Below, piece after piece: positions 56,800 to 64,000 of a stretch of DNA of 64,000 nt (positions are counted from its first letter, which is position 1; each line of letters opens with the position of its first letter). A program made the translations under genes and the position numbers. The stretch is from assembly GCA_965199825.1 (NCBI GenBank), contig OZ241329.1:1056001-1120000 (forward strand). The letters run 5' to 3'. This DNA comes from Bdellovibrionales bacterium (GTDB lineage: Bacteria > Bdellovibrionota > Bdellovibrionia > Bdellovibrionales > UBA1609). Under the pieces are notes generated by a model. It was given only the letters and a program-made list of their open reading frames with translations, ran no database searches and was not told the origin of the DNA.

Positions 56800-57171
56800 A
56801 TGAAAAGTGTTCGGGTATTAGTGATTGAAGACAATCACGACTTTGCACTGATGAACTGTATTCATCTCAAAAAAGCGGGCTTTGCGGCTACAGCTGCGCA
56901 TAGCGGTGCGCAAGCTTTGAATGAGCTCACCGCCTCTCCACCAGATGTCATCGTTATGGATCTGACTCTCCCAGATATGGATGCTGATACTTTTGTTTCT
57001 GAATTGCGAGAGCGTCCACAGTATGCAAACACCCCAGTCATCCTTGCTTCGGGCCGTGAAGATATCGCCGAAAGAGCAAAAAAATTGGGATGTCCCATCT
57101 ATTTAAAAAAGCCATTTGATTCTTCGTTACTCCTCGACTCCGTCCAACAGGTAGCATTAAAAAATGAGTGA
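56800..57171 (+). CDS. Single-domain response regulator
   Basis: VLVIED, PDVIVMDLTLPDMD, KPF. Confidence 0.9.
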   Translation: MKSVRVLVIEDNHDFALMNCIHLKKAGFAATAAHSGAQALNELTASPPDVIVMDLTLPDMDADTFVSELRERPQYANTPVILASGREDIAERAKKLGCPIYLKKPFDSSLLLDSVQQVALKNE

Positions 57172-57436
57172 TATTACAGTGGCTCACGCCCATGTTCTTA
57201 AACGTCTTCGCAAGTCGTCCAACTTGAGTCAAAAAGAATTGGCTGATCGATGCAATCTTGACCGGACTTTTATTTCGCTTCTTGAACGAGGCGAAAGGCA
57301 ACCTTCGCTCACAACACTATTTGCAGTCGCAAAAGTTTTAAAGGTGAGCCCATCGGTTATTGTCACTCAAATCGAGAACTTTATTCGAAGAGGGTTACGC
57401 AAAGTCAGCAAGCCCTCACGAGTGGGTAGGAACTAA
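57164..57436 (+). CDS. XRE (Cro/C1) HTH regulator, controller-protein-like
   Basis: LSQKELADRCNLDRTFISLLERGERQPSL. Confidence 0.9.
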   Translation: MSDITVAHAHVLKRLRKSSNLSQKELADRCNLDRTFISLLERGERQPSLTTLFAVAKVLKVSPSVIVTQIENFIRRGLRKVSKPSRVGRN

Positions 57437-59067
57437 GGCGTCTTTGTTTTAGATGTTTTTATTATGGGCTTAGGAACTTTTGACTTCGGCATTTTCTTTC
57501 CGGCGGTGATGTACTCATCAATGATCGGACTGTGTCGAGTAGGCGATCGAGCCAGTACGCCGTAGTAACTTGAGAGTGGAAGTTGTGGGACCAAATCTAC
57601 GTCGGAAGTTTTGTCATCCAATATGACGATTCCGCCCGCCATAATCATATATTCACGAGTGCGCTGTGCGGGTTTGCCACCCCTTACCTTCGGTACAGTA
57701 ATCGCGCGCCGAAAAATTGTAGAGATCTCGACGTAGTTTAATAGAATTATATTATCGGCCATAGCAGAGGCTTTTAAACTGCTGCTGATTTGCGAGACCC
57801 CTAACAATTCAGGGCATTCGTAATTGACCAAAGATTCCATCATTCGATACTTAAATAACGAGGTCAGCGCAAAAATAAAATCGTGAGTTTCTTCGTGGTG
57901 AGCGCTTTGGTATGTTGCAAGAGAATCAATCACAATTCGGGTGATATCTTTTTGCTCGATAATATTTTTTATACGATAAAAATGCTCATCCAAATCAATC
58001 TCCATAGGAGTATTATAATAAATTGTGACATCGCCACTTTTCACATGGGTGCTTAACTTTAATTTAAGTTCGTCGGCGTTGCGGCAAATTTGCTCGGGAT
58101 GTTCGTCTAACGTGACCAACAAGCCTTTTTTACCCTGCGCAACTCCAGCTGCCAAAAACTCCATTCCTAATATGCTTTTGCCTGTACCTGAAATTCCAAC
58201 ACATAAGGTGGTTGAGCCTTCAAGAACACCGCCACCGAGCATCTCATCAAGGGTAGGATTGCAAAAAGAACTTTTTTTAATCGAAGTCTTTTGTGAAAAT
58301 TTTTGCGATACACCTGCCGAGATTCTTGGGAAAACCTCAATCCCTTTTTGGGGAAATATTTTATAGGAATGGGTTCCCGAAATAAAATTTTGCCCGCGTG
58401 ATTTTACAATTTCTAATGTTCTTATGGAACTTCGACGTTGCACGCTATTGCGCAAGCTAATCACCGTATCGCAAAGAAATTGACTCTCTTCGATCGCATT
58501 CTTAGCCATCGTCTCGGCAACAAAGACTGGCATCACCCCCATACGCTCAAAAGTATCAATTATCATATGTAAAGATTCACGGAAGGATGGCCCCTGACGG
58601 GCTTCGAGATACTCTTTTAGAGGAGTTAAATTATCAATCACCACCCGACGGGCATTGATTTTTTTTATCTCAGTTGTAACAAAATTTGTTGAGAGCTGAA
58701 GATTATCAAAAATTTGTGCTGGGGTGACCTTTAAGATCTTCATTTTATTTTGATTTTCTAACTTTTGACAATCCAGTCCAAATCCAAGCGCATCTTGCTT
58801 GATCTTTTCCACCGAAGTCTCAAGGCTTAAAATTAATCCTGCTTCGTTGTGGAGTGAAGCCCCACGATAAATAAATTCAAGAGCAAAAATGGTTTTACCA
58901 ATGCCGGGGCTTCCTTCAATAATGACCGCATTGCCTCTCACAATGCCGCCGTAAACGATTTGGTCAAAACCAAGGATCCCGCTAGGAACGAGGGCTTCTG
59001 AATTTTTGTTTATATCGATCTCCAAAGTGCCACCTATCTGTATCTCGGTTTTACATAATTGCATCAA
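57433..59067 (-). CDS. Divergent double-domain KaiC-like (RAD55-type) ATPase
   Basis: Walker A GSPGIGKT and GISGTGKS, KSRG and KVRG motifs; EE pairs altered to ET and DE; start may be a few codons downstream. Confidence 0.85.
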   Translation of the reverse strand: MMQLCKTEIQIGGTLEIDINKNSEALVPSGILGFDQIVYGGIVRGNAVIIEGSPGIGKTIFALEFIYRGASLHNEAGLILSLETSVEKIKQDALGFGLDCQKLENQNKMKILKVTPAQIFDNLQLSTNFVTTEIKKINARRVVIDNLTPLKEYLEARQGPSFRESLHMIIDTFERMGVMPVFVAETMAKNAIEESQFLCDTVISLRNSVQRRSSIRTLEIVKSRGQNFISGTHSYKIFPQKGIEVFPRISAGVSQKFSQKTSIKKSSFCNPTLDEMLGGGVLEGSTTLCVGISGTGKSILGMEFLAAGVAQGKKGLLVTLDEHPEQICRNADELKLKLSTHVKSGDVTIYYNTPMEIDLDEHFYRIKNIIEQKDITRIVIDSLATYQSAHHEETHDFIFALTSLFKYRMMESLVNYECPELLGVSQISSSLKASAMADNIILLNYVEISTIFRRAITVPKVRGGKPAQRTREYMIMAGGIVILDDKTSDVDLVPQLPLSSYYGVLARSPTRHSPIIDEYITAGKKMPKSKVPKPIIKTSKTKTP

Positions 59068-59117
59068 ATTGACAATGACTCAAAATTTCTGCAGCTTGAG
59101 GGCAATCGGAGGCAATC

Positions 59118-60563
59118 TTGAAAAATTATAAATTTATCCTTCTCATTTTTTTGTTTGCGGTTCAATCAGCACGCGGGCAGTACGGTGCGATCGCGACATC
59201 GCCCGGAACTTACGAATATATTGATCGGTCAAAAATCGAGCGAAATAGAATCGATTGGAGCATGCTTGTTGAAAAACAAGATCATGACACTTACGAAAAA
59301 ACAGTTTCCGAGAGCGAAGCGGCTTACAAGGATCTTTATCAAAGTTATGCTAAACTAAAAGAGTTGAGCATTCAGTCGACCATCAACAAACTGCCGATCT
59401 CGGCCGAAGAATTGGCTTCAGCCGTATTTAATTTTCGGATGGCTCGCGACGTGTTTCATCAAAAAATTGCAGGCCTCGAAGTTTTTTCGGAAGTTTGGGG
59501 CGGCCGCGCAAATCTCAATCCCGACCAAAAACAAGCGCTTCCAGCTGAGCAACAAAATGCAATTGAATATGTTTATTCAAAAGGTGCGGTGAACCTTGGC
59601 TTATTTGCCAAAACATATGATGCCGGTATCCGAGCGATGGTCGACCAGGCAGCAGCTCTTACCTACAGATACAATGACGGGATGCAAGCCGTAGATACCA
59701 TTGCGGGCGAGGGTCTTATGGATCCCATGACTCACGAAACTCCGCGCAGCATTTTGGCCAACCTCGAAATTTTTCGAAAAAACGCCGAACTCACTTTTCA
59801 AGATACCGAAAATCTGTCGCGCTTACCAAAAATGGTTGCGTATCAAATGGCGCAATTTATCAATGCTAACGATCTGCATTTTTATTGGCAAAATGATTTG
59901 CAAAAACAAGGTCGAAGCGACTGGCTTGAGGCTTTGGAATTTAAGTTTAGACTGACCAAATATGTTCGTGCTGCAAACTGTATGTCTGTCGGGGTTGTGG
60001 CGCTCAGTCTGCCGCCGCTTGAGTCTTTTGACCTAGGCTACCTGGTGCGTGGAGCAAGACAAAAAGTTCGAATCGTTCAGAAGGCAGAATTTGATGAGGT
60101 TGCGATTCGCGCGACTCTTAATCGGCTTGATGAATTGTTTCGCTCGCTTCAATCCCAAAATGGTGAATTTAATGATGTCGGTGGAGTGATGGGTTATATA
60201 AACAAAATCAATTCCACTTTGACCTGGAAAAATGAAGTTGAGGCCTATCTTGGAATATTGACTTTTCTGCGTGAAGATTACCGTGACGAACTCGATCTTA
60301 TTACCGATCCCATTGGACGATGCGATCGTGTGCGACAACGTTACTATGCTCGATACAAAACCTTTCGCGATGGTTTCGCCGCTCGTGCGGATGCTTATTT
60401 CGTAACCGGAGGAAGTTCAACCGATCCCACAATGCAAGCGTTTGCGGTTGCTGGAAAAGTGATTTTAACAAAAGGCCAATATTTAAAAGAATATCGCAAA
60501 CTGTTGAGCGACCATCCTGAATTTTCGCCTTCAGGAAAAATGTTGGATGAAAGCCTTCATTAA
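59118..60563 (+). CDS. Secreted helical hypothetical protein
   Basis: GGAGG + TTG, signal peptide ending ARG; overlaps next gene. Confidence 0.65.
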   Translation: MKNYKFILLIFLFAVQSARGQYGAIATSPGTYEYIDRSKIERNRIDWSMLVEKQDHDTYEKTVSESEAAYKDLYQSYAKLKELSIQSTINKLPISAEELASAVFNFRMARDVFHQKIAGLEVFSEVWGGRANLNPDQKQALPAEQQNAIEYVYSKGAVNLGLFAKTYDAGIRAMVDQAAALTYRYNDGMQAVDTIAGEGLMDPMTHETPRSILANLEIFRKNAELTFQDTENLSRLPKMVAYQMAQFINANDLHFYWQNDLQKQGRSDWLEALEFKFRLTKYVRAANCMSVGVVALSLPPLESFDLGYLVRGARQKVRIVQKAEFDEVAIRATLNRLDELFRSLQSQNGEFNDVGGVMGYINKINSTLTWKNEVEAYLGILTFLREDYRDELDLITDPIGRCDRVRQRYYARYKTFRDGFAARADAYFVTGGSSTDPTMQAFAVAGKVILTKGQYLKEYRKLLSDHPEFSPSGKMLDESLH

Positions 60564-61839
60564 GCTTTTTGCTTTTTGTTTTTTAATTCAAGCCCAAGCT
60601 TATACAAACAAGCCCGCAAGCAGCCGATATCTGCCGAGTGGCCACTGGTTGACGTGTTGGGGCGGAAGCGATTACGCGATCCGAAAAGATCCGCACTTTA
60701 ACAAAAACTCTTCCGAAGACGAGGTTGCAAGCTACATTCCCCGTTTTACGGGATCTTATCCATTTGAAGTCAAAGACACCTGGATCGAACTCATTACGCA
60801 CAGTGGAACAGATTGTGGACACTGCGGACAAACTTGTACCACCACAAAACAGGGCACAACTTGTGTTTGCAACAGCTGCTCGTGGCAGACCAAAGAGACT
60901 GCCTACCGACATTGGTCAAACCAAAAAGTCAATTGGGAGGTTCATTGGGCTCAAGATCCCAATTATCGCGCAATGAGAAAAAACTGGCTGGCTCAAGGTC
61001 AACCCCAAATCGGACGGTCGGTTAAAGATTTAGATAAACTTTTATTGTTTGATCCCGAAAGACCACTCGAATATTTCTTGTTCCCTGGTGAAGCCGAGAC
61101 GATTGAGATCTCCAATGGTTGGGGAGGAACCAAGCTCACTCCTACCGTAAGTATCCAAAAAGCTCGGCACGAATATAGTATTCATGTGAATACAAACGTC
61201 GGCCCCAACGCCGACTGTGATGACAGAGACATTCAAGTGTCAGCGTCTGTTCGGACTGGAAAGCGCATCCGAGGCCCAACACCAAATAGCATTGAATTTC
61301 GAAAGGGATGGGCGGTTGGACCACAAAATGAAAATGGCGAGTTTACCCAAGAACCCGCAGAGTTTTTGCTCACCGATATTTCGGCTGAAAGATATGAGGC
61401 CCAAAATATTTTTGATAATTATAAAGATTCACGCATTCAGGTTGAACTGTGGCAGCTCAACCGGGTGTTGTGGGCGATCGATGGCCGGGTGAGCTCAAAG
61501 TTTCAGGTGCAAGACAATCTCAGCATATTAAAATGGACCGATGATGGTTTAACACCGCCCGTTGCGACGTACGACATTAAGGCCGATGATCTTTATCGAA
61601 CACGATGGTTCGAAGCGCCATTTCATCTCACATACAATGAAACTTACGAGGTGTGTACGAAGGTCATCCGCAATAACAATATTTATTATAACACCAAGAT
61701 GTTTTATTTTTTTGATCAATGGTCTGAATCAAATTGTTCGTTGTTTGTTTACAATCCTCCCGATCAAAACGACTTAAGAACTTGGGGTCGTAAAAAACGT
61801 GATTTTTTATCGAGACTTGTAGGGTTTGGTTTTTTTTAA
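60547..61839 (+). CDS. Secreted Cys-rich beta-rich hypothetical protein
   Basis: Signal peptide ending AQA; DCGHCGQTC...CVCNSC cluster; terminal GFGFF. Confidence 0.65.
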   Translation: MKAFIKLFAFCFLIQAQAYTNKPASSRYLPSGHWLTCWGGSDYAIRKDPHFNKNSSEDEVASYIPRFTGSYPFEVKDTWIELITHSGTDCGHCGQTCTTTKQGTTCVCNSCSWQTKETAYRHWSNQKVNWEVHWAQDPNYRAMRKNWLAQGQPQIGRSVKDLDKLLLFDPERPLEYFLFPGEAETIEISNGWGGTKLTPTVSIQKARHEYSIHVNTNVGPNADCDDRDIQVSASVRTGKRIRGPTPNSIEFRKGWAVGPQNENGEFTQEPAEFLLTDISAERYEAQNIFDNYKDSRIQVELWQLNRVLWAIDGRVSSKFQVQDNLSILKWTDDGLTPPVATYDIKADDLYRTRWFEAPFHLTYNETYEVCTKVIRNNNIYYNTKMFYFFDQWSESNCSLFVYNPPDQNDLRTWGRKKRDFLSRLVGFGFF

Positions 61840-61842
61840 GAG

Positions 61843-62967
61843 GTGATCCACATGATCCTGTTTTATCTTTTTTCGTTTTGGATTAATGCAGCTCCACTCA
61901 GCGATCTGCAAACCGACAATTTGTGTCGTGCTCAAGATCTTGCGGCGGACCCTCTCCATAAAAATTCTCTGATCTCGAATTCTCCTTGGAAAGATTTGAT
62001 CTCTGAAAATTCTCTGTTTGATCCTTTGAAAATGTCTCAAACTCTTTCTCTATCTCATCTTGTTCGCGATGGGCTCACCTCTGAACACATCGTAAACATG
62101 TTGGCCGACGGATTTAAAAAAATACGCCTGAACGAGATGGAAGCCATCGAGCGGGGCGAAATCAAACCGATTGTTGAAGGCCGATCTTATACCCATCAAG
62201 AACTCAAACGGCGCAAAAAAACCTTGGATGATTTTTATAAAAAATATGTCGAGCCGGTTTTGCAGAATACCTATCGCTATTATTTAAGTGTTCATACACG
62301 GCGAGAAGAATTGCGTAAAAATGCGGGCGCACCACAGGATATCCAAAAAGCGGTTTCACTCGTAAATGATCAGGTCGATTTTTTAAATAAAAATTTAAAA
62401 CGTATCTCACCCTCACTCGTGGAGAAATTTGGAGAAATCCATACGGCAACCGCTGAGAATTTGACCTTGAGCTATCGTGATGGCTTCGTGGTTAAGATTC
62501 AGTTTGGTGATGTAACTTTTTATCCCCGTATGATCGCCAACCAAATTTTGGGAGAGGACGATTATTTTTTGCGTGGGATGAATGAATGGGTCAAATACAC
62601 AAAGGCACAAGCTCACAGTGGCTCAGCATCTGCGGCGCAGGCGGCAGAACTTGCACTTCAACATTTTGAAGGAGCCCAAAAAGTCCATAAGATCATGTCT
62701 TCAGTTTCTGAAAGCGATCTTGTGCAATTGATGGGACTGTTCTTTGAACTCAATAAAAAAAATATTCCGCAATGCGACCGGGTCATTGCTAAGCTCAACG
62801 AACGGCTTAAAAAGAAGTTGGGAGATAACAAAACTTCGCTCCGATTGGGTCCAGCCGATCGTTTAGAAGTTGAGAGCATGGCAAAGGATCTGGTTTTTTA
62901 TCAGGACATATTCAAAGTTTTTGCTGAGGCCGCTAGTCTTGCAAATCCGCCACTGTCTAAGCGCTGA
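61843..62967 (+). CDS. Secreted helical hypothetical protein
   Basis: GAGGTG RBS, signal-like MILFYLFSFWINA; ORF opens 3 bp after previous gene. Confidence 0.65.
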   Translation: MIHMILFYLFSFWINAAPLSDLQTDNLCRAQDLAADPLHKNSLISNSPWKDLISENSLFDPLKMSQTLSLSHLVRDGLTSEHIVNMLADGFKKIRLNEMEAIERGEIKPIVEGRSYTHQELKRRKKTLDDFYKKYVEPVLQNTYRYYLSVHTRREELRKNAGAPQDIQKAVSLVNDQVDFLNKNLKRISPSLVEKFGEIHTATAENLTLSYRDGFVVKIQFGDVTFYPRMIANQILGEDDYFLRGMNEWVKYTKAQAHSGSASAAQAAELALQHFEGAQKVHKIMSSVSESDLVQLMGLFFELNKKNIPQCDRVIAKLNERLKKKLGDNKTSLRLGPADRLEVESMAKDLVFYQDIFKVFAEAASLANPPLSKR

Positions 62968-62983
62968 CCAGATTCTTGAACTT

Positions 62984-63010
62984 TCAAGTCTAAAGTCTAA
63001 ACCCCGATAA
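62984..63010 (+). promoter_or_regulatory. Sigma28 (FliA)-like promoter
   Basis: TCAAG-N14-CCCGATAA upstream of 63040. Confidence 0.4.
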
Positions 63011-63039
63011 AAAGGTTTAGATCACTTGAAAGGAAATGA

Positions 63040-63819
63040 ATGAAAGTCTCGACCTTAGTATTGGTATTGTTCTCTACGGCCTTCATCGCGAATTGCAGTA
63101 AACAAGACGGAGGAAATTCAGAACCTCAAACGTTAGTGGCACAAGCTCGAGTGGCTCACTCGATAAATCAAGGTCTGCATCGCTTAAAGCTCAGTTCAGT
63201 GGTCAATGCTGTTATTCCATTTTTCGAAGAGCTCATTCAAAGTCCAAATGGTCAGATGAATTTAGGCTCGGTTGTTGTTGAGCCTTTGAATAATGGACAG
63301 AGCAAAATCAATTTAGATTTAGATCTTTCAACTTTAATCACTAACCCGCCCGAAGCTCTTTCTCTCAACGTTGAAGGCGTTGATGTGTCGAATGTGATAG
63401 GTCTTCCGGTTGGAAATTCTGGAAGTTCGGTTTTTTTTAGCGCAGTACATGATTTATTAGGTATTTCGATGTTCGTAAACAAAATGTCTTCGACAAGTGG
63501 GGCAATCAATACGCTGCTTCCACTTGTGCTCAACACTGCACAAAATGGCAATTCACTTTCTGGATTTACCGGGATTTTTAAAGGTGAGCAAAACGTGATT
63601 TCGATCTTTGCCGATATTGCGCCAATCTTAAATCAGATTCTTTCAGCACCGCCGCCACCCCAAGAACCAAAAATTGTTTCTGGACTCACTGACGTTGTAG
63701 GCGTTGTTGCTGGGGGTTATGTGGGTATTCACACCGGCTCGCCATTTTTAGGCACACTTGCAAATGGTTTAGTCCACCAAATGGTCAATGGTGTGGTTCG
63801 GGTTGTTGATCATCTTTGA
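63040..63819 (+). CDS. Hypothetical lipoprotein
   Basis: AAGGA RBS, lipobox-like IANC, poly-Pro then Gly-zipper-like hydrophobic C-terminus. Confidence 0.65.
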   Translation: MKVSTLVLVLFSTAFIANCSKQDGGNSEPQTLVAQARVAHSINQGLHRLKLSSVVNAVIPFFEELIQSPNGQMNLGSVVVEPLNNGQSKINLDLDLSTLITNPPEALSLNVEGVDVSNVIGLPVGNSGSSVFFSAVHDLLGISMFVNKMSSTSGAINTLLPLVLNTAQNGNSLSGFTGIFKGEQNVISIFADIAPILNQILSAPPPPQEPKIVSGLTDVVGVVAGGYVGIHTGSPFLGTLANGLVHQMVNGVVRVVDHL

Positions 63820-64000
63820 TTTTTGATATCGACCACAAGCCCATCAAAAGGCTCGAGCTGACAGCTGAGCCGTTCGAATCGCGAAAATTTGCGCATTTCA
63901 GCCATTTCTTGTTCGATCTCGGTACGAGGTTGAGCAATTTCGGTTTCAACAACGACTAAACAGGTTGTGCATGTGCCCATACCGCCACAACTATCAAAAA
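63810..64000 (-). CDS. 2Fe-2S ferredoxin (adrenodoxin-type), 5'-truncated by window edge
   Basis: Minus-strand translation FDSCGGMGTCTTCLV...ERLSCQLEPFDGLVVDIKNQR*. Confidence 0.88.
   Translation of the reverse strand, partial: FDSCGGMGTCTTCLVVVETEIAQPRTEIEQEMAEMRKFSRFERLSCQLEPFDGLVVDIKNQR

Noticed and set aside
1..64000. CRISPR array, cas genes, integrase or transposase
   Set aside because: No regularly spaced repeats or matching protein motifs were seen by eye.

Overview
This is a gene-dense chromosomal window of moderately low GC. Its many orphan proteins with N-terminal signal peptides, Cys-rich lipoproteins and sigma54/sigma28-like promoter motifs resemble a Bdellovibrionota/Oligoflexia genome, although the taxonomy is inferred from style only. 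It holds four dispersed tRNAs (Ser-CGA, Ser-GCT, Arg-ACG, Asn-GTT) and several accessory enzymes (gmhA, SDR, pirin, S1/P1 nuclease, SGNH hydrolase, MFS, YeiH). One signalling cluster has a CHASE kinase, a hybrid bacteriophytochrome and a ParB-like protein converging on kaiC-kaiB-PAS kinase. A second has an RsbRD_N/PAS/GAF kinase, REC, XRE and a divergent KaiC-like ATPase. The standout is a ~11-12 kb minus-strand operon (41685-52547): a PrkA/YeaG AAA+ protein, a 1783-aa Clp-like AAA+ protein and a SpoVR::YeaH fusion. These families are normally cytoplasmic, yet all three proteins have Sec-like signal peptides and a short Cys-x3-Leu motif that also recurs at the termini of other exported proteins here. 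No CRISPR array, integrase or transposase was seen. All family calls come from reading motifs by eye, not from database searches.
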